Of a stretch of 64,000 nt of DNA, positions 38,563-46,971 are shown piece by piece. How positions within the stretch are numbered: position 1 is the first letter of the stretch; each line of letters opens with the position of its first letter. The stretch is taken from the NCBI GenBank assembly GCA_030653935.1, contig JAURYL010000018.1, positions 79,268-143,267 of the forward strand, given 5' to 3'. The notes beneath the pieces were generated by a model. The model was not told the origin of the DNA. It was given only the letters and a program-made list of their open reading frames with translations, and did no database searches. The DNA comes from Pseudomonadota bacterium. Lineage in GTDB: Bacteria; Pseudomonadota; Gammaproteobacteria; Burkholderiales; Thiobacillaceae. A program made the position numbers and the translations under genes.

Positions 38563-40745
38563 TGGTCGCCCACGCACTCACTTTCGCTTCCAATGACGCC
38601 GAATCCTGGTTGGCCAGCCTGGCCCCGGTGTATTCCGAATCGCAGCGCGAGGGGCTGCGGCGGGCGCTGAACTGGCTGGCGGATCACTCGGCGGGGGTAC
38701 GCGCCGATACCGGCGCCGACCTGGCGGAACACAGCCTCGGCACGGCCGCCATCCTCGCCGGCATGCGCTTCGATGCCGATACCGTGACCGCCGCGCTCCT
38801 CTGCGGTTTGCCCGACGCCGCGCTGGCGAAAGACGTCCTGATCAAGACCTTCGGGGCGCCTCTGACCTTGCTCGTCGAGGGTGCCGCGAAGCTGACCCGG
38901 ATGGACCGTCTGCTCACCGAGCTTGCCGCCGAGGGCGGCCAGAGCGAGGCGCTGCGGCAGATGCTGCTGGCGATGACCGACGATATCCGCGTGGTGCTGA
39001 TCAAGCTGGCCGAGCGCACCCAGGCGCTGCGCGAGTTGGCGAGCCAGGACGAACCGCTGCGGCGCAAGATCGCGGGCGACGTGCGCGAACTTTATGCGCC
39101 GCTCGCCAACCGTTTGGGGGTGTGGCAACTCAAGTGGGAACTGGAGGATCTTTCCTGCCGCTATCTGGAGCCGGATACCTACCGCCAGATTGCCAAGTCG
39201 CTGGACGAGCGCCGCCTCGACCGCGAGTGGTACATCGAACAGGTGATCAAGCAGTTGGCCGATGCGCTGGAAGCCGATGGCATCAGCGGCTTTACCGTGA
39301 ATGGCCGCCCCAAACACATCTCCAGCATCCTCGCCAAGATGCGCAAGAAGCGGCTCTCCTTCGACGAGGTCTACGACGTGCGCGCCCTGCGCGTGCAGAT
39401 GCGCGACGTGAAGGACTGTTTTCATGCCTTAGGGTTGGTGCACAGCCTCTGGCAGCCCATTCCCGGCCAGTTCGACGACTACATCTCGCGGCCCAAGGGC
39501 AACGGTTACAAGAGCCTGCACACCGCCGTAGTGGGGCCGGAGAACAAGGCCCTGGAAGTGCAGCTGCGCACCTTCGACATGCACCAGGAGGCGGAACTGG
39601 GTGTCGCCGCGCACTGGCGCTACAAGGAAGGCGGCAAGTCCCAGGGCGACGCCATCCAGGACAAGATCGCCTGGCTCAGACAGATCCTCGCCTGGAAGCA
39701 GGAGATCGGAGAAGGGGAAGACCAGGGCGAAGGCCACGAGCTGGCGCAACACTTCCGCAACGAATTGTTTCAGGACGAGGTGTTCGTCCTCACCCCGCAG
39801 GGCAAGGTGGTGGCGCTGACCGCTGGCGCCACGCCGCTCGATTTCGCCTATGCCGTGCATACGGAACTCGGCCATCGCTGTCGCGGCGCCAAGTTGGACG
39901 GCAGTCTGGTGCCGCTGGATACCGCGCTGAAGACCGGGCAGCGGGTGGAAATTCTCACCGTCAAGCAGGGCGGCCCCAGCCGCGACTGGCTCAATCCGCA
40001 TCTGGGCGTGCTGAAGTCCACGCGCGCGCGCGCCAAGGTACGGCAGTGGTTCAAGCAGCAGGACCACGATACCCATGTCCAGGAAGGCCGCGCCCTGCTC
40101 GACCGCGAGTTGCACCGACTCAACCTGAACAACGTCAACCTCGACAAACTCGCCGCCCGCCTCAAGTTTCCCAGTCTCGACGAACTCTGCGCCGCGCTCG
40201 GTCGGGGCGATCTCGGCAGCGGCACGCTCGACCGCGCCCTGCACGAGGAATTCATCCCGGCGCCGGAAAAGCCCCTGGTCTCGGCATCCAAGCGCCGCGC
40301 GGATGCCGGCGGCGTGCTGGTGGAGGGCGAGCCCGGTCTGCTTACCCAGATGGCCGGCTGCTGCAAGCCGGTGCCGCACGATCCCATCATCGGCTACATC
40401 ACTCAGGGTCATGGCATCACCATCCACCGCGCCGATTGCCCGATGGTGCGGCACCTGCCGGAAGACAAACAGGCGCGGCTGCTGGCGGCGGATTGGGGTG
40501 ATCAGGACAGCGAGGTGTTCGCGGTCGATGTGGAACTCACCGCTCGCGACCGCTCCGGTCTGCTGAAGGACGTCGGTGAATTGTTTTCCCAGGAAAAGAT
40601 CAACGTCGTGCGCGTCAACACCCTTTCCCAGGACGACATGGCTCGTATGGAATTCACCCTGGAAGTGCGGGACATCAGCCAGCTCACCCGCTTCCTCGCC
40701 CGTGTCGGTCAGGTGCGCGGCGTGCATTCGGCAAGACGGAAGTAG
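38562..40745 (+). CDS. relA: GTP pyrophosphokinase, RelA-type (p)ppGpp synthetase with a degenerate hydrolase domain
   Basis: The synthetase motifs are RPKHISSILAKM and DVRALRV....DCFHALG..H..W.P.PG.FDDYI..PK.NGYKSLHT. TGS and ACT regions are present. No HD/ED hydrolase motifs appear in the N-terminal domain. Confidence 0.85.
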   Translation: MVAHALTFASNDAESWLASLAPVYSESQREGLRRALNWLADHSAGVRADTGADLAEHSLGTAAILAGMRFDADTVTAALLCGLPDAALAKDVLIKTFGAPLTLLVEGAAKLTRMDRLLTELAAEGGQSEALRQMLLAMTDDIRVVLIKLAERTQALRELASQDEPLRRKIAGDVRELYAPLANRLGVWQLKWELEDLSCRYLEPDTYRQIAKSLDERRLDREWYIEQVIKQLADALEADGISGFTVNGRPKHISSILAKMRKKRLSFDEVYDVRALRVQMRDVKDCFHALGLVHSLWQPIPGQFDDYISRPKGNGYKSLHTAVVGPENKALEVQLRTFDMHQEAELGVAAHWRYKEGGKSQGDAIQDKIAWLRQILAWKQEIGEGEDQGEGHELAQHFRNELFQDEVFVLTPQGKVVALTAGATPLDFAYAVHTELGHRCRGAKLDGSLVPLDTALKTGQRVEILTVKQGGPSRDWLNPHLGVLKSTRARAKVRQWFKQQDHDTHVQEGRALLDRELHRLNLNNVNLDKLAARLKFPSLDELCAALGRGDLGSGTLDRALHEEFIPAPEKPLVSASKRRADAGGVLVEGEPGLLTQMAGCCKPVPHDPIIGYITQGHGITIHRADCPMVRHLPEDKQARLLAADWGDQDSEVFAVDVELTARDRSGLLKDVGELFSQEKINVVRVNTLSQDDMARMEFTLEVRDISQLTRFLARVGQVRGVHSARRK

Positions 40746-40746
40746 G

Positions 40747-40860
40747 CTTGCTTCCCCCTTTTGCAAAGGGGGACTGAGGGGGATTTCTCCAAGGGTCGTG
40801 CCAGTTTAAGCGTCCGCAAATCCCCCCCAGCCCCCCTTTGAAAAAGGGGGGAGCAAAGCG
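40747..40860. repeat. REP pair of the CCCCCTTTTGCAAAGGGGG / GAGGGGGATTT family
   Basis: cttcccccttttgcaaagggggactgagggggatttc ... gcaaatcccccccagcccccctttgaaaaaggggggag. A second copy lies at 48259-48364 and a half copy near 41545-41575. Confidence 0.65.
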
Positions 40861-41436
40861 TCACTTGTACTTGCGCACCACCCCCACCACCACCCCGAAA
40901 ATCTCCAGCGAGCCTTTCGGGCGAATCACCGGGTAGGCCGGGTTGGCGGGTTGCAGTACGTACTCGCCTTTTTCCCGCGTCAGGGTTTTCAGGGTGAATT
41001 CGTCATCCACGATCGCCACCACCAGATCCCCCGGCTGTGCGTCATGGCGTTTCTCCACCACCGCGATGTCGCCGGGGTGGATGCCGGCCTCGATCATGGA
41101 ATCGCCCTTCACCCGTACCAGCACCGTGCGCGAAGGCTGGTCGATGAGGAATTCGTCGATGGTCAGGGTGTCGCGCGAGCTGTCGTCCGCCGGTTGCGGA
41201 AAGCCGGCGCGCACCGAATCCGCCAGGGTGCGCTCGAAGAAGCGGGCGCCCGGTTTCAGCCGCTTGTCCGGCGCCGATTCGAGAAACCCCTCCAGGCGCA
41301 ATCGCGCCACCAGGGCGGCGACCGAGGATTTCGACTTCAGGCCGAGCCGTTCGCCGATGGCGGCGTAGGAGGGCATGACCCGGTGACGGGCGTAGTAGTC
41401 CTGAAGTTGGGCAAGGTAGTCGGCGTCTTGTGACAT
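40861..41436 (-). CDS. LexA-family (S24 peptidase) transcriptional repressor, divergent N-terminal domain
   Basis: The wHTH-like region is PSYAAIGERLGLKSKSSVAALVARLRLEGFLE. An Ala-Gly is present (VRAGFPQP). The catalytic motifs are VKGDSMIEAGIHPGD and FTLKTL (Ser/Lys dyad). Confidence 0.8.
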   Translation of the reverse strand: MSQDADYLAQLQDYYARHRVMPSYAAIGERLGLKSKSSVAALVARLRLEGFLESAPDKRLKPGARFFERTLADSVRAGFPQPADDSSRDTLTIDEFLIDQPSRTVLVRVKGDSMIEAGIHPGDIAVVEKRHDAQPGDLVVAIVDDEFTLKTLTREKGEYVLQPANPAYPVIRPKGSLEIFGVVVGVVRKYK

Positions 41437-41473
41437 GGTCAGGGCACTGAAAATACGGAGTCGCCAAGGTAAA

Positions 41474-41494
41474 GAACGAACGTTCGTTTGTCAA
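41474..41494 (-). promoter_or_regulatory. GAAC-N4-GTTC palindrome abutting a TTGACA -35-like hexamer upstream of the lexA-like gene
   Basis: The minus strand reads TTGACAaacGAACgttcGTTCtttacctt. The perfect 14-bp palindrome AACGAACGTTCGTT spans 41475-41488, 38 nt upstream of the start codon. Confidence 0.4.
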
Positions 41495-41539
41495 AGCGTG
41501 ATTGCACCGCCTTCTGGAAAGGCGGCGCGCGCGGATGAA

Positions 41540-41725
41540 GTCGGGGCAAGGTTCCCCCCTTTGTCAAAGGGGGGGCTGGTTCCCATGCTCCAGCGTGGGA
41601 ACCCGTCTTGGACGCTCCAGCGTCCCGAGGTGCCGGTCTCGCGGGGGACATGCGAACGCGACGCTGGAGCGTCGATACCTGCTCCCACGCTGGAGCGTGG
41701 GAGCGAGCCTGACAGCGCCTTTCCA
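41540..41725. repeat. REP cluster (CTCCAGCGTGGGAAC / GACGCTGGAGCGTC family)
   Basis: At least four alternating copies of the ctccagcgt / acgctggag cores: ggttcccatgctccagcgtgggaacc, ggacgctccagcgtcc, gacgctggagcgtcg and cccacgctggagcgtgggagc. Confidence 0.6.
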
Positions 41726-41796
41726 CAAGGGCCGCTGACTTGCGGGCGTCGGGTGGGTTATCTTCGCGGCCTTGTTCGTTCCAGCGGAGTGTCCCC

Positions 41797-42285
41797 GTGT
41801 CCACACCCATCGTCTCGGTCATCGCCGCCATGGCCCGTAATCGCGTCATCGGTATCGCCAACACCTTGCCCTGGCGTCTGTCGGAAGACCTCAAGCACTT
41901 CAAGTCGCTGACCATGGGGCACCACATCGTCATGGGGCGCAAGACTTACGAATCCATCGGCAAGCCGCTGCCGGGCCGTACCACGGTGATCGTCACCCGC
42001 GACCCCGCCTACCAGGTGGAAGGCTGCCTGACGGCGCATTCCATCGATGACGCCATCGCCGCCTGCGCGGGTGACGCCGAGGTGTTCTTCGTCGGCGGCG
42101 CCGAGCTCTATGCCCAGATATTGCCGCGCGCCGACCGCCTCTATCTCACGGAAATCCAGGCCGACTACGCCGGCGACGCCTGGTTTCCCGAGTTCGACCC
42201 GGCGCGCTGGCGACAGGCCGAGCGCCGGGAAAACGTCACGTCGGAGGGGCTGGCGTATCACTTCGTGACCTACCAACGCGTTTGA
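41797..42285 (+). CDS. folA: dihydrofolate reductase
   Basis: GTG 41797. IVSVIAAMARNRVIGIANTLPWRLSEDLKHFKSLTMGHHIVMGRKTYESIG...YLTEI. Confidence 0.9.
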   Translation: MSTPIVSVIAAMARNRVIGIANTLPWRLSEDLKHFKSLTMGHHIVMGRKTYESIGKPLPGRTTVIVTRDPAYQVEGCLTAHSIDDAIAACAGDAEVFFVGGAELYAQILPRADRLYLTEIQADYAGDAWFPEFDPARWRQAERRENVTSEGLAYHFVTYQRV

Positions 42286-42309
42286 AACGAGCGTGGCCAC
42301 TGGCCGAAG

Positions 42310-42392
42310 CAGGCCTGTAGCGCGGGCGTCCCGCCTGCATCAAAGGCCTGATCAGAAGGACAAAGCAGGCGGGACGCCTGCGCTACGTGTGG
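42310..42392. repeat. palindromic REP (GTAGCGCAGGCGTCCCGCCTGC family)
   Basis: gcctgtagcgcgggcgtcccgcctgc ... gcaggcgggacgcctgcgctacg. Confidence 0.6.
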
Positions 42393-42430
42393 CACCCTGA
42401 TTCCGCTCGCGCGCCCTCCAGGTTACGGGT

Positions 42431-42730
42431 TTACCCGAATAACGCATCCAGCTTTGCTTTCGCGTCGCCAGCGCCGCCCTTGCTCGCGGCATAGGCGCCG
42501 GGCCGGGGCTGGAACCAGTCGCAGAAATTGGCGCGGGTCTTGTCCTTCACGTCATCGGCGGCGGTTTCGCGGCATTGTTTTGCCTTGGCGGTGTCGTAGT
42601 GGCGGCACAGGCGGCAGACGTGCTGCTCGGCATGGCAGGTCAGGCATTCGGCGCGGCGACCCAAGGGCAGCGGCAGTTCGGCCAGGCTGGCGCCGCACTT
42701 CCAGCACACCAGTTCGTTGTTCATGGGCAA
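42431..42730 (-). CDS. small Cys-rich zinc-ribbon-like protein, function unknown
   Basis: CWKCG...CLTCHAEQHVCRLCRHY...FCDWF provides several CxxC pairs. 97-99 aa. Confidence 0.55.
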   Translation of the reverse strand: MPMNNELVCWKCGASLAELPLPLGRRAECLTCHAEQHVCRLCRHYDTAKAKQCRETAADDVKDKTRANFCDWFQPRPGAYAASKGGAGDAKAKLDALFG

Positions 42731-42776
42731 TCTCCATCGGCGAGAATGGCCGCTATCTTAGCCACGGAGACGTTAC

Positions 42777-43556
42777 ATGGGCTTCGGTCTGATCATCATC
42801 GGCGACGAAATTCTTTCCGGAAAGCGCGAGGACAAGCATTTCGCCCAAGTGCGCGGCCTCATGGCGGCGCGCGGCCTGCGCCTGGACTGGGTGAATTATC
42901 TGGGTGACGACCGCGAGCGGCTGGCCGGGGCGCTGGCGCACAGTTTCGCCAGCGGCGATATCGTGTTCAGTTGCGGCGGCATCGGCGGCACGCCGGATGA
43001 CCATACCCGCCAGGCCGCCGCCGCCGCCCTGGGCTTGCCCCTGGTATTGCATCCGCAAGCGCGCGAACTCATCGTCGGGCGCATGGCCGAGGTTGGCCAG
43101 CCGTTGACGCCGGATCGCTTGAGCATGGGCGAGTTTCCCGAAGGCGCCGAGATCATCCCCAACCCGTTCAACCGCATTCCCGGCTTCAGTATCCGCCAGC
43201 ATCATTTCGTGCCCGGTTTCCCGGTGATGGCCTGGCCGATGCTGGAATGGGTGCTGGATCACCACTATTCGCGCCTGTTCCATGGCGACGAACGGGCTGA
43301 ACGCGCAATGCGCGTAGAAGGCATCGCCGAGGGCACGCTGACGCCGTTGATGCGCGCGGTGGAAGCCGAATTCTCCGGCATCCGGGTGTTCAGCCTGCCG
43401 CACATGGACCCGGTCAGGCAGGTCGCCTATTACATCGAATTGGGCGTGAAAGGCCCGGCGGATCAGGTCGAAGCCGCCTTCATTCGCCTGGCTGAGGGCG
43501 TGGCCGCCCTGGCGGCGCGCGACACGGTCCCGGAAGAACGCTTGCGGCAGTCGTAG
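42777..43556 (+). CDS. CinA-like molybdopterin-binding (MoCF_biosynth) domain protein
   Basis: GLIIIGDEILSGKREDKH...SGDIVFSCGGIGGTPDDHT. Confidence 0.75.
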   Translation: MGFGLIIIGDEILSGKREDKHFAQVRGLMAARGLRLDWVNYLGDDRERLAGALAHSFASGDIVFSCGGIGGTPDDHTRQAAAAALGLPLVLHPQARELIVGRMAEVGQPLTPDRLSMGEFPEGAEIIPNPFNRIPGFSIRQHHFVPGFPVMAWPMLEWVLDHHYSRLFHGDERAERAMRVEGIAEGTLTPLMRAVEAEFSGIRVFSLPHMDPVRQVAYYIELGVKGPADQVEAAFIRLAEGVAALAARDTVPEERLRQS

Positions 43557-43568
43557 CGGCGCTGTTCC

Positions 43569-44066
43569 TTACGGTTCCAGGGAACGTCGTTCGATGTCGT
43601 GCCAGACGGCGTATATGTCATCCGACCAGAGCGACTTGATGTAGACGATCACGTCGTCGATCCCGGCATCGCTGAGGCTGTCCTTCCAGGCCGGCATGCC
43701 GCCGGGACCGCCGTGCTTGATGACCCGATGCAAAACCGCCGTGGGGTGGTGCCAGGCGTGGGCGGAATCATCCAGGGGCGGTGGCGGGTATTTACCATCC
43801 GCGCCGCGTGCCCGCCAGTCACCCGCCTGGCCTTTGCCCTCGGCGCCATGGCAGGACTGGCAATGGCGTTCATAAACGTCCTTGCCCCGCGCCATCTGGC
43901 CGAGGTCGAATTGGCGGGCCACTTTGGCCGGCGGCCGGCTATCAGCCACGGCCGGCTGGGTGGCCGGCGCGGCGGCGGCCGGGGTCTCGGCTTCGCTTGC
44001 CGCCTGTTGGCCGCAAGCGCTCAGGGGTACCAGCAGCAGGCTGGCACAGGTCAATCTTTTCAGCAT
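43569..44066 (-). CDS. c-type cytochrome, lipoprotein
   Basis: ATG 44066. Lipobox LSAC, haem site CQSCHG, and a distal Met region GGMPAW. Confidence 0.8.
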   Translation of the reverse strand: MLKRLTCASLLLVPLSACGQQAASEAETPAAAAPATQPAVADSRPPAKVARQFDLGQMARGKDVYERHCQSCHGAEGKGQAGDWRARGADGKYPPPPLDDSAHAWHHPTAVLHRVIKHGGPGGMPAWKDSLSDAGIDDVIVYIKSLWSDDIYAVWHDIERRSLEP

Positions 44067-44094
44067 GGTGTTCCCTTCTCCGCTGGCGAAATGC

Positions 44095-44481
44095 TCATTC
44101 CTTGAGGCTGTCGCGGACGCGCTCCAGGCGCGAACGCACTTCCTTGCCCAGTTCGTGCACTTCCGGCCGCTCGACCAGTTGCAGCACCGCGGCTGGGTCC
44201 ATGAAGGCGACCACGACACCGTCATCCCCCTCGCGCACCACGACATTGCAGGGCAACAGCAGCCCGATATCCGGCTCGGCGGTGATGGCCTGGTGGGCCA
44301 GCGTCGGATTGCAGGCGCCCAGAATGCGATAGGGGCGTCCATCGACCCCCAACTTGGCCTTCATGGTGGCCTGCACGTCGATGTCGGTGAGGACGCCAAA
44401 ACCTTCCGTCTTGAGCGCCTCGGTCACCTTTTGAACCGCTGTATCGAAAGGGATGGCGAGCGTGATCGAAAATCCGTACAT
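44095..44481 (-). CDS. DUF302 domain protein
   Basis: [34 protein letters not shown]...YRILGACNP...LLPCNVVV. Confidence 0.8.
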   Translation of the reverse strand: MYGFSITLAIPFDTAVQKVTEALKTEGFGVLTDIDVQATMKAKLGVDGRPYRILGACNPTLAHQAITAEPDIGLLLPCNVVVREGDDGVVVAFMDPAAVLQLVERPEVHELGKEVRSRLERVRDSLKE

Positions 44482-44580
44482 GAAGAACTCCTGTCTGATT
44501 GAGCTGCGGCAGGGATATCCAGTAATGGGCATCCCCGCCGCGATTGAAAAGTGGGCAGTCTACGGGAGAACCGGCCGATC

Positions 44581-44802
44581 TCAATCTTTGAGGTCGGCGC
44601 GGCGTTTCAGGTATTCCTCCCGATCGATCTCGCCACCGGCATAGCGCGCTTCCAGGATGTCCAGGGCGGTTTTGTCCTTGCGCGCCTCGCCGTTACCGGC
44701 GTAGCGGCGAAACAGCAGAACCAGAAGGATCAACGGCACGAGCCAGACCAGAATCATGCCGATGCCGCCCAAACCCATACCGAAATGGTCGTATCCGTAC
44801 AT
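44581..44802 (-). CDS. SHOCT-domain membrane protein
   Basis: One TM helix followed by ALDILEARYAGGEIDREEYLKRRADL. Confidence 0.8.
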   Translation of the reverse strand: MYGYDHFGMGLGGIGMILVWLVPLILLVLLFRRYAGNGEARKDKTALDILEARYAGGEIDREEYLKRRADLKD

Positions 44803-44853
44803 GGCGCTTCCTCCGGTTCGGTTTACTCAAACTGTCCACGCGCCGACAGGCTG

Positions 44854-45498
44854 CTAGTTGGCCGACATCCCCATGCCGCCGCCCATGCCTTGCATGCGCA
44901 TCTGCATCATCATCTGCATCATGTCCATGCGCTTTTCCATCATTTCCATGCGCTTGGCCATCATGTCGTCCTGGCCGGACATGTTCATGCCGCCCTTGCC
45001 GCCCATCATGCCTTTGGCGCATTTGCCGCCTTTCATGTCCATGTCACCCATGCCGCCCTTGTCACCCATCATGCCCTTGCCGCATTTGCCGCCTTTCATG
45101 TCCATGCCGCCCATGCCGCCCATGCCGCCCTTGTCACCCATCATGCCTTTGCCACATTTCCCGCCCATCATCCCCATGCCGGCTTTGCCATCGGCCTTGG
45201 GACAGCTGCGCTTGGGGTCATTCACCATGGCCTCCATATCGTGCATCTGGGCCTCGATCAGTGCCTTGCGCTTTTCCGGATCGGCCGTCTGGCGGATTTC
45301 CCGCATTCGGTCGCGCATGGCCTGCATGTCCACAGCGGGTGATGCCGTGACGGGCGCCGCCGTGGCGGGGGCCACTTCGGTGTGATGGCCGGCGTGCTCG
45401 TCTTTCGCGGGGGCTTCGTCGGCCAGCGACATGCTGGCGGGAAGGATCAGGCCGGCGGACAGGGCCAGAACCAGGGCGGTACGTTGCATCGCTTTCAT
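44854..45498 (-). CDS. periplasmic Met-rich repetitive protein (putative Cu/Ag-binding)
   Basis: Signal peptide MKAMQRTALVLALSAGLILPASMSLA. Three GGKC[GA]KGMMG[DG]KGGM repeats and a C-terminal MEMMEKRMDMMQMMMQMRMQGMGGGMGM run. Confidence 0.7.
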   Translation of the reverse strand: MKAMQRTALVLALSAGLILPASMSLADEAPAKDEHAGHHTEVAPATAAPVTASPAVDMQAMRDRMREIRQTADPEKRKALIEAQMHDMEAMVNDPKRSCPKADGKAGMGMMGGKCGKGMMGDKGGMGGMGGMDMKGGKCGKGMMGDKGGMGDMDMKGGKCAKGMMGGKGGMNMSGQDDMMAKRMEMMEKRMDMMQMMMQMRMQGMGGGMGMSAN

Positions 45499-45517
45499 GT
45501 AAATCTCCTTGGGTGGA

Positions 45518-45865
45518 TCAATGAACAAGGTCGATCGAGGTAACGGTCAACATACCGTTCACTCGGTCGGCGTGGAAACGAACGTTGTCGCCGGGTTTAA
45601 CCTGATCCAGCCAGGCGGGTTCGGTGACACGGAACACCATGGTCATGGCCGGCATGTCCAGGTTTTCAAGGGGGCCGTGGCGCAGCGTCAGCTTGCCCTG
45701 GTGTTTGTCCACCTTTCTCACCACGCCGTCGGACTGCATCGTGCTCATGGCCTCGTGGTTCATGGACACGTGGTTCATCTCACCCTGGTGCGCGTGATTC
45801 ATTTCAGACCAGGCGGGCAGGGTCAGGGCGAGGCCGAGTAAGAGAGTGGGGAGGGTGTATTTCAT
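45518..45865 (-). CDS. CusF/SilF-like periplasmic copper-binding protein
   Basis: Signal peptide, His/Met-rich N-terminus, and the CusF OB-fold core G.V.KVD...GK.TL.H.P...L.MPAMTM.F.V. Confidence 0.8.
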   Translation of the reverse strand: MKYTLPTLLLGLALTLPAWSEMNHAHQGEMNHVSMNHEAMSTMQSDGVVRKVDKHQGKLTLRHGPLENLDMPAMTMVFRVTEPAWLDQVKPGDNVRFHADRVNGMLTVTSIDLVH

Positions 45866-45874
45866 GGTTTCTCC

Positions 45875-46309
45875 TTAGTAACGGGCGTAGGTGCGGGTCG
45901 ATCCATCCTTGTTCACCAGCAGTACGTCATAGATATCTTTGTGGTTGCCCATCTCCATACCGGGCGAGCCGATGGGCATGGCGGGGACGACGAGGCCACG
46001 GGCGCGGGGTTTTTCCCTCAGCAGCCGTTTGATTTCCCGGGCCGGTACATGGCCCTCCACGACATAGCCGTTGACCTCGGCGGTATGGCAGGAACCGTGG
46101 CCCGGCGGCACGCCGAGCCGGTATTTGTGTTGCACCACGTCATCGGTGTTGTGGGCGCGCACGGTGAAGCCGTTGGCCTTGAGGTGATCCACCCACTTGT
46201 CGCAACAGCCGCAGGTGGGGCTCTTGTAGACATCGACGATGGGCTGACCGGCCCACGCCGCCGTGGCGAGGCCGCTGATGAGGACAAACTTGAAAATAGG
46301 GGTTTTCAC
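45875..46309 (-). CDS. DUF411 (CopG-like) metal-binding protein
   Basis: GTG 46309 follows an AGGAG RBS. YKSPTCGCCDKWVDHL...GSCHT..V.GY.VEGHVP...MP.GSPGME. Confidence 0.8.
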   Translation of the reverse strand: MKTPIFKFVLISGLATAAWAGQPIVDVYKSPTCGCCDKWVDHLKANGFTVRAHNTDDVVQHKYRLGVPPGHGSCHTAEVNGYVVEGHVPAREIKRLLREKPRARGLVVPAMPIGSPGMEMGNHKDIYDVLLVNKDGSTRTYARY

Positions 46310-46357
46310 ACGCGTCTCCTTGCTTGACGGTTTCAGTATGCAAGTCGCGCGGCCACG

Positions 46358-46378
46358 GTAATCTGACGTGGAGATTAC
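46358..46378. promoter_or_regulatory. inverted repeat GTAATCT-N7-AGATTAC upstream of the copper-type gene cluster
   Basis: A perfect 7-bp dyad 49-69 nt upstream of the DUF411 start. It resembles response-regulator cop-box style dyads, but no regulator gene is in the window. Confidence 0.3.
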
Positions 46379-46497
46379 ATTTTCGTCATATGCCTGGTTG
46401 CGGGTTGGTGGCGGGGGAGATGCCACATCGAGGTCGCGTTCCCACGTGCCCGCGTGTTTCGGCGGTAACCTGACACGCTTCTACTTGGTCACGGAAA

Positions 46498-46950
46498 TCA
46501 ATGCCCAGCCGCTTTGCCGGCGCGTAGATTGGCCTCGAAACCGCCCTTGGCCTTCCAGCCCTCGTAGCCGTCCTGCAAGACCTTCACGTTGTCGTATCCC
46601 AGCAGGCGCAGGGCGAACACCGCCTGGGCGGAGAGCGAGCCGGAGTTGCAATAGATCACCACCATGCGGTCCTTCGGCAGTTCGCCGCGCCGCGCCACCG
46701 CTTGCCGCCATTCGATGTTGATCGCGCCGGGGATATGGCCCTTGGCGAATTGCGCGGCGTCGCGGGCATCCACCACGAACACGTTTTTCCAGTCCTCGGC
46801 GGGGATCTGTTCCGGCCAGATCAGGCTGCTGCCGTATTCGGTGAAATCCACATATTCCTCGATGGCTTTCACCACCATGGGGTTTTCAGCGGCGGGCGCG
46901 GCGACGGGAATGGCCAGGGTGATGGCGAGCAGCAGGGGGCGCAAAATCAT
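46498..46950 (-). CDS. periplasmic single-domain rhodanese sulfurtransferase
   Basis: Signal peptide, GHIPGAINI, and active-site loop YCNSGSLS. Confidence 0.85.
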   Translation of the reverse strand: MILRPLLLAITLAIPVAAPAAENPMVVKAIEEYVDFTEYGSSLIWPEQIPAEDWKNVFVVDARDAAQFAKGHIPGAINIEWRQAVARRGELPKDRMVVIYCNSGSLSAQAVFALRLLGYDNVKVLQDGYEGWKAKGGFEANLRAGKAAGH

Positions 46951-46971
46951 GGGGAAGTCCTTTCGTGAGGG

